A stretch of 63,637 nt of DNA, counting the filler, from an uncultured Methanosarcinales archaeon (GTDB lineage Archaea > Nanobdellota > Nanobdellia > Woesearchaeales > CAYSVS01), in the NCBI GenBank assembly GCA_964434475.1. It is 4 parts of 4 records of this genome, joined end to end, with 100 filler letters (N's around TTAATTAATTAA, not from the genome) between each part and the next. Parts side by side here need not be neighbours in the genome. Positions count along the whole stretch, not along the records: positions 17,826 to 34,715 come from CAYSVS010000023.1; positions 34,816 to 50,860 come from CAYSVS010000025.1; 2 more parts are not named here. The stretch is one strand, 5' to 3'. How positions within the stretch are numbered: the first letter of the stretch is position 1; every line of letters starts with the position of its first letter. The notes under the pieces are model-generated. The model was given only the letters and a program-made list of their open reading frames with translations, searched no databases and was not told the origin of the DNA. Position numbers and translations under genes: made by a program. Below are positions 28,301-37,961 of the stretch, one piece after another.

Positions 28301-30938
28301 AATTTACTATGCCATCAAATTCAACAGACAAAGGAGCTAAGCCAGATGTTGTATTAGGAGATATAATAGGAGCAGGAACAAGATCTGCATCTACAGTTAT
28401 GGAAACAGATGAATAGCTTGTGTCTCCGTTTGCATCTGTTACTGTGAAATTTGCAACATAATTGCCGGCAGAATAACAATATTCTGAATCTTCAGTAGTT
28501 GAATCTGTTGAGCCGTCGTTAGTATAATCCCAGGAATATGTTAAAGGCAGATTGCCGCTTGTCGCTGTTCCGTTAAGATATACGCATAATGGCTCGATGC
28601 CTGAAGTTACATTTGCTGATGCGCTTGAGCCAGGCATAAGGTCTGCTTCAACATTTATTGTTGTTGTATTATGACACATATCACCATCGTTATCTTCAAC
28701 AGTCAAGTTTACGATGTAAACACCTGATGAATAGATATTATTGGTGTTGTTAAGATAGGAATCTATTGTTCCATCATTAGTATAATCCCAAGAAATGTTG
28801 TAAGGAGCATTGCCTCCTGCAACGCTTGAATTAAGATAAACATTCAATGGCTCTATGCCTGATGTTGGCGAGGAAACTATTGTACATATAGGGACAGTAT
28901 CAGCTATTGCAGTTATTTCAACAGAAGCATAGCTTTTGTCTCCATCTGCATCAGTTACAGTAAGATTTACTGTGTAAAAACCAGGTGCTGCAAAAGTATA
29001 GCTAGTGTTTTGAGTCATATTATCTGCTACACCATTATTGTCAAAATCCCATGAATAATTTAATGGGAGATTGCCGCTTATCGCTGTTGCGTTAAAATAT
29101 ACTGTTAAAGGAGCTAAGCCAGATGTTTCTGAGGATGTTATTGAAGCTGTTGGAGTTAAGTCAGGATCAACAGCAAAAAAATGTATCTCTGAATTACTGT
29201 TTATGTTTCCATCACTATCATTACATACATAGTATAATACATAGGATGAACCGCTTGTCAATCCGTTTAGTATGAAAGAATGTTTTTTTGTTCCTGTTAT
29301 ATTGAAATCAGTTCCTTCTGAAAAATCAAAATCCTTATCCGTCAAATTATATCTACAGACTGCACTTTCGTCAGTTGTTATATTTATGCTTGTTGATATT
29401 AAAGTGTATGAAATATTTGAGCTGTTTGCAGGGTTATTTATTGTAATTACAGGAGCTGTTGTATCAGGCAATAAACTGAATTCAACATAATTATTTGAAT
29501 CGTTTAGTTCTTCAATCTCATCATCTATATCTATTAACAGTTTTATCAAATCTGTATTGGTTATATTTACCCTATGGACAAGAATATTTTCTGTTGTTTG
29601 GTTTTCTACCTTTTCTAATGTGGTTTCCCCTATACGTTCTGATCTATTATTATATAACCTTATATTTGCGCTAAATGCTGAAGCAGTTCCTAAATTCTGA
29701 AGAGTAAAGTTTACAGTAGTGTAATTTACAGATGTATCTAGATATATATCTTCTGAATCAACATAAAGCTCTGGCAAAGGCGGCTTTGTAAAATCATCGT
29801 AAGTGTATTCTTTGGTGAAATATGGTTTTTCAGAATAATCCAATAATGAACCATCTCTTAATTTCATATATCCTATATAATAAGGTCCGTTTTTCTTTGA
29901 CAAGTACATATCTGTTGAGTTCATAATTATCAATATGTTATCTTGACCTTGAGTTAAAGAGATATTCTTTTTTATTTCCAATATGAAATTATCATATGTA
30001 TCATGTATAGCTGCTTCAAAGGAATATGTTTTTGATTCATTGACATCAACACTTACGTTTATTATCAATTGATCAATCTTTGTAGAAGATATGTTATATT
30101 CTCTGAATGAATTTGAAAAAACTGTTTTTTTAGGGTCAAAATCAATATAATTGTATTGGCTCAAGGTTTGGTTTATGTTGTAGTTATAATAGGTTTCTGA
30201 TGTTTTAATTATTACTTTTTTTAGATATAATGTGCTGTTCAGCATCTTTTCTCTTATATCTTTTGAATCAAAGTTTAAAGAAACTGTTTGTGTTCCTGAA
30301 CCTATTATTTCTGGTTGTTTTATGTTTACAAAATTGCTTTCGTTGTCATATAAATAAGCATATATGTTAACAGTTTCTGCAATTGAAGAATTTAATGTTA
30401 AATTAATCATTAACAGATCATACCTTACATCTCCTTGGTTGTCTATTGCAGTATCAGCAGTATAACTAAGATTCATCTCTTTGTTCTCATACAATTCTCT
30501 ATTGATGTTTAAGGAATAGTTTTTGTGTTTTCTTAGTATAAGTCCTGACTCATTATATATCTTTACAGAAAAATTATAGTTTTCATATTCCAATGATTTT
30601 GCTGAAAAATTAAATTTAGCTTTGTTTAATCCTGCGCCGTATGTTTTTTGGAATTCTTTGGATTGTACTATATTATGGTCATTATATAATTCTCCTATCA
30701 GCTTATAATCGTCTGCTTGTGTGTCCATAGATACGTTTACTACAAGATAATCATACTTCGCACTTCCGCCTACATCTAAGCCGGAGTGATCAATACTTGT
30801 AATCGAGACATATTGCGCATCATAATCCATATTATAGCTTGACAGGAGTTGGTCTAATGATATTGCGTTGACTAAACCTAAGCAAAGCAAGACTAAAGCA
30901 ATCGCATACACTATCCGTATTGTTTTGTTCTTATTCAT
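25395..30938 (-). CDS. Giant surface protein (1847 aa) with CARDB and about 13 PKD domains
   Basis: Signal peptide; repeated GxEPLxVxF...YSWDFxNDG...GxYxVNLTVTDxDG units; CARDB motif IEELNDSNN. Confidence 0.92.
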   Translation of the reverse strand: MNKNKTIRIVYAIALVLLCLGLVNAISLDQLLSSYNMDYDAQYVSITSIDHSGLDVGGSAKYDYLVVNVSMDTQADDYKLIGELYNDHNIVQSKEFQKTYGAGLNKAKFNFSAKSLEYENYNFSVKIYNESGLILRKHKNYSLNINRELYENKEMNLSYTADTAIDNQGDVRYDLLMINLTLNSSIAETVNIYAYLYDNESNFVNIKQPEIIGSGTQTVSLNFDSKDIREKMLNSTLYLKKVIIKTSETYYNYNINQTLSQYNYIDFDPKKTVFSNSFREYNISSTKIDQLIINVSVDVNESKTYSFEAAIHDTYDNFILEIKKNISLTQGQDNILIIMNSTDMYLSKKNGPYYIGYMKLRDGSLLDYSEKPYFTKEYTYDDFTKPPLPELYVDSEDIYLDTSVNYTTVNFTLQNLGTASAFSANIRLYNNRSERIGETTLEKVENQTTENILVHRVNITNTDLIKLLIDIDDEIEELNDSNNYVEFSLLPDTTAPVITINNPANSSNISYTLISTSINITTDESAVCRYNLTDKDFDFSEGTDFNITGTKKHSFILNGLTSGSSYVLYYVCNDSDGNINSNSEIHFFAVDPDLTPTASITSSETSGLAPLTVYFNATAISGNLPLNYSWDFDNNGVADNMTQNTSYTFAAPGFYTVNLTVTDADGDKSYASVEITAIADTVPICTIVSSPTSGIEPLNVYLNSSVAGGNAPYNISWDYTNDGTIDSYLNNTNNIYSSGVYIVNLTVEDNDGDMCHNTTTINVEADLMPGSSASANVTSGIEPLCVYLNGTATSGNLPLTYSWDYTNDGSTDSTTEDSEYCYSAGNYVANFTVTDANGDTSYSSVSITVDADLVPAPIISPNTTSGLAPLSVEFDGIVNSGNLPLIYSWDFTNNGITDNTSQNTSYVFAAPGFYDVNFSVSDANNDVNSTILQISVISDTVPICSIVSSSTNGVELLDVYLNSSVAGGNAPYTIGWDYTNDGTIDSTQNNTGHIYSSGSYVVNLTVEDNDGDMCYDSVAVNVEADLMPSSSASANITSGIEPLCVYLNGTATSGNLPLTYSWDYTNDGSTDSTNEDSEYCYSAGNYVANFTVTDANGDKSYSSVSITVDADTVPILSIFAAPTSGIEPLTVELNASVTNGNLPLTYSWDFTNDRISDNNSQKTSYTFNSPGAYLVNLTVVDFDGDTVHSLQSITVDADTIPDCNIIVNPNTGIEPLNVLFNSTITNGNLPYTYAWDYTNDGTVDSTQESTSNVFNSGSYVVNFTVTDVNGDKCYASADVNVDANLMPSASLSTNTTSGLENLCISFNATGTGGNLPLTYSWDFDNNGVVDSTTENIVYCYPAGNYIANLTITDANGDKSYDSVAITSIADTQPSASITANSTSGLEPLSVNFDVTVNNGNAPYTYLWDFGDGSSSTTKVSDHTFSSEGVYNVQVTVTDADGDIDTDNIQIEVQSDPIVDALADTISGIEPLTVNFDADITNKLPIMNYAWDIDNDGVVDYTTKSPQHTYSETGLYVAEVTVCNINRCITDNITINVGDNNLVLFDIDSDVTSGLEPLSVSFTSNIIAADLPVTYNWDFDGDGNIDSIQENPSYTYNDCGTYIARLTVEDVDGDTNSSIITIDVLEDLIPDPTINADTTTGVMPLTVNFGASVDSGNLPLTHSWDFNNNGTIESTEQQASYTYDVPGLYYVNLTVTDNDGDKVSVIKEIAVTPTETETFLLKAAAFDFDDSSKILNPSVVVINDEHKFALPVAYFNVTGDDIILVTNAAVGYQDDSDTYYFDSGIKYCSGVTCNMQSTSQGETFTTTCTYSQQYEDWECIVTNDGVSIAYFYKPLDNRLTIANYLQKE
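27600..29130 (-). repeat. 777-bp intragenic tandem duplication (three PKD domains)
   Basis: Matching anchors 777 bp apart (27606/28383 and 28331/29108). Confidence 0.8.
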
Positions 30939-31272
30939 TTTTATCTTTCTTTATCAAATATATCTTGTATATGATTAGTCCAAGGATGAAGCCGATGATG
31001 AAGTAGAAGAGAATAGCAAAAAAAGTAATAAAAAAAATATTCATTTCATCTATTGAAATTGAAAAAATACTTGATATTAATGAAGCAGGTAATAAAGGAA
31101 TAAAAACAAAAACAATACATACTAGAGAATTGCAATTAAAAATTACAAAAAGATAGGATATTAATAGTAACAAAACGAGCAATATTCCTCCAATAATACC
31201 TGAGAGCACCCATTTTTGTTTTTCACTTAAATTTTTTATTTTATCTACCATCTTTTTTACCATGTGCACCAC
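30931..31272 (-). CDS. Small multi-TM membrane protein
   Basis: Highly hydrophobic 113-aa ORF overlapping both neighbours. Confidence 0.7.
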   Translation of the reverse strand: MVHMVKKMVDKIKNLSEKQKWVLSGIIGGILLVLLLLISYLFVIFNCNSLVCIVFVFIPLLPASLISSIFSISIDEMNIFFITFFAILFYFIIGFILGLIIYKIYLIKKDKNE

Positions 31273-34190
31273 CAGGGTTTATCTTCTGGGTCGATTAAGT
31301 TATAACACCTTTGATGCGCATTATACTCATCCCCGTTTAATTTTCTCATAATAATATCTCGTGTTTCTTCTTTTTGAGCAAAGCTACTGAACCCCATATC
31401 AGAATGTGGTCCAAATACCTTGAAATAAGTTTTATTTGTTGAGTTAACATTAGAATAAATATTATCCACATCATCTTTAGTAACAACCCAATCACTTCCA
31501 TAATTGTCGTCAGTTACCCACCCCCTTATCGCAGCAAACTTGTTTAATGTTAAATTTACCGCAGGTTGATTATCATCCGAATATTTTGAAAAGTTATAAT
31601 ATTGTTTGAATAGATTTAAAGAAATCATTGCATCATTACTAAAATAATTATGACCATAACCCATTTTTAATAAGTCCTCAAATAAAATATGCATAACTCC
31701 TTTACTCTCTGAATTACTTATAACGCGTCCACCAACCAAATTCAACGCACTCTTCGCCGGACTCCCTCCCTCGAACGCGCCAGGAGCGCCTACCGCAACC
31801 AATGTCTCAATAGGATTCGCAGTCATTGAAGTATTCAACCAGTGTGTTCCGTTCCAGTACATGCTTATGTTTGCTATTCCAACATCATTCCACTTATCTA
31901 AAGAGCTTAAAGCAGTTCTAGCGCCGTTGCTAAAGCCAACATATTGTATCTTATCCTCGCCAGTATAAGCTTGAACACCAGCAATCAAAGCTGGCCAATA
32001 ATTATCTGTAAGATCATCAAAAGTATAATCATAACACTCGTCACATTCTATATCTGGCCCTCCAGTTATCTCTATCAACCAAACATCTCTTCCAGAAGCC
32101 GCCAATTCTCCGCCTAAATCCTCCCAATAACTTAGGTTGTTCCATAATCCTCCCGACATAACAACTGGAGTTTTAGTAAAATTAAAGTCAACTTTTCCGT
32201 CATAAAGAACATCAAGATATTCGTTGAAAGTCAATGTATGTTTTGGCGCGATATGCTTTAATCTTAATGTAACTAAATCATGAGTCTTAACAAATTCCTC
32301 TTCAAAATCATATCCTCCCATTAATCCTAAGCGAACAATGTCCCTGAAAGTTTCATTGTTTACCATATAGTATGGCTTATTTACTGGAGACTGAAAATAA
32401 TCAAAAATTGATAAAGCATCCATATTAGTTCGAGAAATAAACACATCCTTGTTCTTCTCAAGAACATCGTAATCAAACTTCCTTAGAGCAGCAACAATTC
32501 CCTCTATATCATTGCCTAAGACAAAAACATTAAGTTTTGAATCTTCAAAATTATTTATCAAAGCATTGTAAGGCATAGAATCCTTATTATCATATAATTT
32601 TACTGATCCGTCTTCAATACCCCAATCTAAATCATTCAGAGTATAATTATTATAAGCATTATAGCCTGCATGTATAACATAGTCTGCAAAAGAAATATCT
32701 TCTACTATATTATAATGTGTTAATTTATCAGACACGTAATCATAAAACAGTTCATTAAGTATTTCGGGTGATACGTTGATATCCAGATAAACATTAGCGG
32801 AATAATACTTATCTTGTATCATATTATTTCCTTCTTCAGATTCAGGAATAAGGTATAAAGGATCGACATAAACAAAAACCTCACTTTCTTTCTGCAAAGG
32901 CATCAAAGTTGATAATGTAACATTATCCAACCCTGTCAAACTATCATTATACAAAATTATCTTTTCATCAATTATCTCATTATCTTTAACTTCATAAAAA
33001 CTTATCTTAAAATTTCTTGCGCTTGTATTTCCAAGATTAAAAATATCAAAACTTATATTCACATTGCTTTCTTGTTTCTTGAAAATCAAATTTTTAGGAG
33101 TTAAATCAGGTAATATCCTATTAGTAACATTACCCCACATTATAGTAAAGATTATCTCTTTTTCATCACCTGGCTGTAATGTACCTATGTTATGTTGATA
33201 GCCTATCGCAGGATCCTCTTGTTTACCCAAAGGATCTACTATATTATATTCATTAAGATTATTTAGTTCATAATCTAAAAAATCTTCTGAAATCTCCCAA
33301 GTAGAGTTGCCTAAACCATGTCTTGATGACTGTACATTAGGATATATCAATATCTTAAATTGCGGAACATAAGTAGGGTTGGCATATATAAAGCTGTCTT
33401 CAGCAGGATTATAATATGCATACTCATTTTCAGGAAAACCATTGTCCATATCTAGCATATTAAATAATTTAACATTATACAGAGCCGAGCCGCCTATGTT
33501 TTTCACGATATAACCCATGTGGAAAAAGCTTCCATTCCTAGGAGTATCAAAATATCTTTTAACCTGCACGGATTCATTTTCAACCACAGAATAAACATAA
33601 TCGTCAACTATATTTCCTGAGACGCTTGTTGCAGCAGTTGTAGAAACAGTAATTGGCAATTCAGTATAGTCTCCTCCATTATCTACATAAGATCTCATCA
33701 AACCATAATTATCAGAATATACTGCATAAACATCGCCCCCTAAAGCACTGACTAATGCTTCACCGACATAGAAATTCCAACCTGAGTTTGAATAATGTTC
33801 GCATACGTTCAAATAAAACCTATCACCTAAAATATCTGCACATGCAATATTCTGTATTTTTGTGCCTCCTTTTTTTGTTTTCTTTAGAACAGGCTCGTCA
33901 TAAAAATCATCATTCTTATCTCTTTTTACTTTATTTGGTTTTTTGCTTCTAGAATAATATTCATCAATGCAAGGTTTGATTTGAGATTTTCTATCAAACT
34001 TATCTATATTATTAAAAACACTCCCTTTTTCTAAAACATAAGATTTGTAAAAAACAGGAGGAGAATCTTCCTTTACAACCAATATATCATCATTCTCAGG
34101 AAGATAATACATAGATAAAGGATGAGAATAAACCATAGGCATGCATAGAACAAATATACTTAATACCAAAACTAACATATCTAACTTCAT
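31257..34190 (-). CDS. Secreted CARDB-domain protein with C-terminal alpha/beta hydrolase (lipase/esterase-like)
   Basis: Signal peptide; CARDB (PDLT...IPESEEGNN); YTFDDL...TGEDKIQYVGFSNG nucleophile elbow; candidate Asp (SDWVV) and His (GPHS). Confidence 0.8.
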   Translation of the reverse strand: MKLDMLVLVLSIFVLCMPMVYSHPLSMYYLPENDDILVVKEDSPPVFYKSYVLEKGSVFNNIDKFDRKSQIKPCIDEYYSRSKKPNKVKRDKNDDFYDEPVLKKTKKGGTKIQNIACADILGDRFYLNVCEHYSNSGWNFYVGEALVSALGGDVYAVYSDNYGLMRSYVDNGGDYTELPITVSTTAATSVSGNIVDDYVYSVVENESVQVKRYFDTPRNGSFFHMGYIVKNIGGSALYNVKLFNMLDMDNGFPENEYAYYNPAEDSFIYANPTYVPQFKILIYPNVQSSRHGLGNSTWEISEDFLDYELNNLNEYNIVDPLGKQEDPAIGYQHNIGTLQPGDEKEIIFTIMWGNVTNRILPDLTPKNLIFKKQESNVNISFDIFNLGNTSARNFKISFYEVKDNEIIDEKIILYNDSLTGLDNVTLSTLMPLQKESEVFVYVDPLYLIPESEEGNNMIQDKYYSANVYLDINVSPEILNELFYDYVSDKLTHYNIVEDISFADYVIHAGYNAYNNYTLNDLDWGIEDGSVKLYDNKDSMPYNALINNFEDSKLNVFVLGNDIEGIVAALRKFDYDVLEKNKDVFISRTNMDALSIFDYFQSPVNKPYYMVNNETFRDIVRLGLMGGYDFEEEFVKTHDLVTLRLKHIAPKHTLTFNEYLDVLYDGKVDFNFTKTPVVMSGGLWNNLSYWEDLGGELAASGRDVWLIEITGGPDIECDECYDYTFDDLTDNYWPALIAGVQAYTGEDKIQYVGFSNGARTALSSLDKWNDVGIANISMYWNGTHWLNTSMTANPIETLVAVGAPGAFEGGSPAKSALNLVGGRVISNSESKGVMHILFEDLLKMGYGHNYFSNDAMISLNLFKQYYNFSKYSDDNQPAVNLTLNKFAAIRGWVTDDNYGSDWVVTKDDVDNIYSNVNSTNKTYFKVFGPHSDMGFSSFAQKEETRDIIMRKLNGDEYNAHQRCYNLIDPEDKPWWCTW

Positions 34191-34289
34191 TTATACCTCT
34201 TTCTCGCAGAATCTAAATACATCTATATAAAATTTTTCATTCTGATAGAAGTGGTAAAAAAAGAAAATATGATATGACCATCATAAGTA

Positions 34290-34715
34290 AGTAACATACG
34301 AACTGTTGGAAACTGCAGGCTGAATACCTCGCCGAAGCTTGGCACTTACACCTCAGTCCCATTAAACCTGTGTTTTTCAGGTGTTCTAGGATATCTCGTT
34401 TTGAGTAGGGTTTCATGCTTAGATGCATTCAGCATTTATCCCTTAATGCGTAGCTGCCCGGCTTACCTTATCAGATAACCGGTAGACCAGAGGCATCGAA
34501 CTTTCGTTCCTCTCGTACTAGAAAATCCTTACTCTCAGATATCCAACATCTCTAGTAGATATTAAACAAACTGCCTCACAGCGTTCTGAACCCAGCTCAC
34601 AACCCTTTTAATGGGTGAACACCCCCACCCTTGGACGCTTCTGCACGCCCAGGATAGGATGAGCCGACATCGATGTAGCAAGCCGCGCCGTCGATATGAG
34701 CTCTCGGGCGCGACA
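34290..34715 (-). rRNA. 23S rRNA, 3'-terminal fragment (3' boundary approximate)
   Basis: Sarcin-ricin loop AGTACGAGAGGAAC (34506-34519), PTC GATGTCGGCTCATC and GAGCTGGGTTCAGAAC, and GAATGCATCTAAGC. Confidence 0.97.
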
Positions 34716-34815
34716 NNNNNNNNNNNNNNNNNNNNNNNNNNNNNNNNNNNNNNNNNNNNTTAATTAATTAANNNNNNNNNNNNNNNNNNNNNNNNNNNNN
34801 NNNNNNNNNNNNNNN
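34716..34815. other. Artificial contig-join linker
   Basis: N-run containing TTAATTAATTAA. Confidence 0.9.
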
Positions 34816-34929
34816 AATGATTAATCTCATATTTAAAATATTATTTGAACCTTATTCCGGATGAACCCGATTATTAGATTAATAGTTTTTAGATATCTTT
34901 AAATAACATTTATCCAAATATAATATAAA

Positions 34930-35082
34930 ATGGACAAATCAACATTACATGAACACGAACATGTAAAAAAAGAACTTGAAAAAGAAGGTAAAAAAGAAAC
35001 TGGTGAAGAAGAGGAGCATCACGAACAGCATAAAGAACTTCCTAAATCAGAAGAAGAGAAGGAATACAAAGAACAGCATTAA
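34930..35082 (+). CDS. Small His/Glu-rich protein (50 aa; not in ORF track)
   Basis: MDKSTLHEHEHVKKELEKEGKKETGEEEEHHEQHKELPKSEEEKEYKEQH; TTTAAATA about 25 nt upstream. Confidence 0.5.
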   Translation: MDKSTLHEHEHVKKELEKEGKKETGEEEEHHEQHKELPKSEEEKEYKEQH

Positions 35083-35897
35083 GCATACTTCTGTACGTTC
35101 TTGAAATGCAGCTTCACATATTTTTTTAGATGTTTTTTATTTTGTTTAAGAGTTTGCAACGCTTCTTTTACATGAGTGCTTCCTTTAGGTACAGGCATCT
35201 TCAATTCCTTAGACAATTTCTTCAGCTGCTTAAGAGCTTCGCTTCTGGCTAAAATGCTCGCTGCAGCCACTTCAACATATTTGCTTTCTGCTTTTATCAG
35301 CATCTTTGCTTTCACCTTACATCCAGGATATTTGTCAACAACAGCCAAATCATGAAAATCCAGTTCATCAATACACCTTTGATGCATCCTATTGAGCAAA
35401 TTTGTAACATTACCTAATTCCTCTACAATAAGATTATATTGATTTGGCGAAAGGTTAACTATATGATAAGGAACAATTTTCTTTATTTTTTGTGCAATAA
35501 CATGTATCTCAAAATCTTTCAGTTTTTTGCTATCTTCTACTCCAACCAACTTCAATCTTTCCCTCATATCCTCATCAGCTTTCACTCCTGCAACCACGAT
35601 GCCGCCAAAAGTATCGCCCTTCAAAGCTTCATCTGTTCCGATAACAATGCCTTTTTCATTTACAAAGTTAATAGGATGCACATATTTGCCTATGTGATTC
35701 TTACGTAAATATTCTACTAAATCATTAACAACCTTTTCCTTACCTTGTATAAGAAGCTTATTTGAATTGAACAAAACAAGAACACAAGACCCCTTCATCC
35801 TTGCGATTTCATATTCAGACTTAACCGGCTCAAAATAGAATCCAAAATTCTGAAGTACTGTCAAATCATCCTTATGTATATTTGTAAAGGTTGGCAT
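35079..35897 (-). CDS. rnhC: Ribonuclease HIII
   Basis: N-terminal TBP-like segment (LVLFNSNKLLIQGK), then GTDEALKGDTFG, DSKKL, VAAASILAR and KLHFKN. Confidence 0.85.
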   Translation of the reverse strand: MPTFTNIHKDDLTVLQNFGFYFEPVKSEYEIARMKGSCVLVLFNSNKLLIQGKEKVVNDLVEYLRKNHIGKYVHPINFVNEKGIVIGTDEALKGDTFGGIVVAGVKADEDMRERLKLVGVEDSKKLKDFEIHVIAQKIKKIVPYHIVNLSPNQYNLIVEELGNVTNLLNRMHQRCIDELDFHDLAVVDKYPGCKVKAKMLIKAESKYVEVAAASILARSEALKQLKKLSKELKMPVPKGSTHVKEALQTLKQNKKHLKKYVKLHFKNVQKYA

Positions 35898-35953
35898 ACA
35901 AATTAAATAGAATATCTAATATAAAAAGTTATCTAGAATCAACACACAAAATA

Positions 35954-37196
35954 TTACTTATCATTTGCCAACTTTTCAGCTTCCGCATAATGTGTTTTAG
36001 CATATTTCATAAACCTTTCTTGATTTGTCAAATTAAACTGCATTTCACGTATATTTGCACAACCATAAAGCATACGAGATGCATTTTTCTTATCATTTTT
36101 ACAACTATAATGATCAGCAAGCATCTTTTTTATTGAGTAAAGACTACTCAATTTCGAAAAATCATCATTAGCATCAGCAAATTTTAAAGATGAAGCTCTT
36201 AAAGCAGACTCTAAAGAAAGTCTTCTTATCTGCGAATTTCTCCTTGCAAGTTTTGAAGCCTCAGTTGCACTATTATACCAAACATCAAGATAATCTTCTT
36301 TGGAAGTATAATTACCTTTTTCTAGATTTTCAGGAGTTGCTTCATCTGCATCAAAAAGATAAAATGCTACTTCATTAATGTATGCTTTTGAAAAATGAAC
36401 AAAAGATAATCTATTTTTTGAAACTGGCAAATCTTTATAAAAGTCTAATGAAACATTCAGATAGAAATTAGCAATAACAGGATAAATCATTTTTTCAAAC
36501 CAATTTACATCAGGCATTGACAAATATTTTCTAGTCAAATTATAAGAAGAAAGCAGATCATTAACTATTAAAAGTTCATCTTGCATATTATTATCAGAAG
36601 TCATTCGAGATATAGGGTACGTACCCAAAGAGATTGCATTTGAATAGTATTCATTGTCTCCAGTTATTTTAAAAAGCTTAAGAGCAATTTTATATGCATC
36701 TTTAAAATATTTTGAAGAATACATCTGTTCTTTTGTAAACCGTTTTAATTCTTTAGAATTTTCTAAGTCTTTTTCATCTTGAAATTTAACACTAAAATCA
36801 AAACAAGAAAAATAATGGTCCTTTGCTTTTACTAAAAAAGAAATGTCTTGAGTTTTTTTCATAAATATATTCGCAGACACCTCCCGCATGCGAATTCAAA
36901 TGAGAAATATTCTTATAAAAATAATCGTTATTATCTGCATTTTCAAACATCTTAATAGCTTGCAGATAATGAGCATATATTCTTTCACTATAACCATCCA
37001 GAAGATTATCTCTTTGAGAATCCAAGATATTATGCGCTACTTTAGTTAGTTTTCTTACGAAGTTTAATTTATCATCAGAAATTACATTTTTCCGTTTTAT
37101 GTAAGGAATAACAAATGTTATTATATCATTCCAATCAACAATGCCATAATAATTCTCTTTTAAAACCTGCTCTAAATTTTTATTTGCCATAAACAT
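35954..37196 (-). pseudogene. Helical-repeat protein split by one extra base in an A7 tract (36853-36859)
   Basis: Deleting one A joins ORFs 36798..37196 and 35954..36889 into ...HAGGVCEYIYEKTQDISFLVKAKDHY... Confidence 0.7.
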
Positions 37197-37228
37197 TAAA
37201 TCAACAACAAATACTTATAAATGTAACC

Positions 37229-37876
37229 TTAGAAATCAAACAATTTTCTTTGTTTTTTGTTGTCAACAACATCCTTATATGTCTGCCACTCCTTCCTGAA
37301 TATAGAATATTTGTCATGGTTCTTTTTGATAAAATCCTGGGTTTTCCCATCTGAAGTATAACCAGAACCAAAATCTATGCCAATCTCATGTTTCAATTTT
37401 TCTATCTCCCTATCGCGTGTAACTTTTGCTATGATTGAAGCAGCTCCGCATATAGCATAATTATCATCAGCTTTATGTTCTGCAATCAGTTCTATTTTGA
37501 GATCTTTAAGGTTTTTGCGTATCTCTTTTTTATATAACTCTCCGTCTTTAGTTGGTAGATCAAGAATTACTTTTTTAGCGTTCAAGATGTTGATAAGCTT
37601 GGAAGTGGTCAATGCCTCAAGCTTATTCAGGTTCATATTCGGATCATTTAACGCAGAATCAATCACTTCAGGAGATAAGATTGCTAATTCATATTTAACT
37701 AATGCGAGTATCTTCGGAAACAGTTCTTCCCTTTTCTTGGGAGTCAACTTCTTTGAATCCGCAACTCCCAGTTTATTCAAAAGATGCTCGTCTTCTTCCT
37801 TGATAGCACAGATTGCCATAACCATCGGCCCGATAACAGGACCGCGTCCTGCTTCATCTACTCCAGCAATAATCAT
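37229..37876 (-). CDS. rnhB: Ribonuclease HII
   Basis: GVDEAGRGPVIGPM, DSKKL, AASIIAKVTRD and DFGSGY. Confidence 0.97.
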   Translation of the reverse strand: MIIAGVDEAGRGPVIGPMVMAICAIKEEDEHLLNKLGVADSKKLTPKKREELFPKILALVKYELAILSPEVIDSALNDPNMNLNKLEALTTSKLINILNAKKVILDLPTKDGELYKKEIRKNLKDLKIELIAEHKADDNYAICGAASIIAKVTRDREIEKLKHEIGIDFGSGYTSDGKTQDFIKKNHDKYSIFRKEWQTYKDVVDNKKQRKLFDF

Positions 37877-37961
37877 AAAATTAAAAAATAAGCAATGATA
37901 TATAATTATTACCAAAAAATATAAATAAGCTAAAATAAAAATCTCATAAAAGGTGATTTTC

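Noticed and set aside
34237..34428. 63-aa ORF
   Set aside because: It lies within the 23S rRNA sequence.
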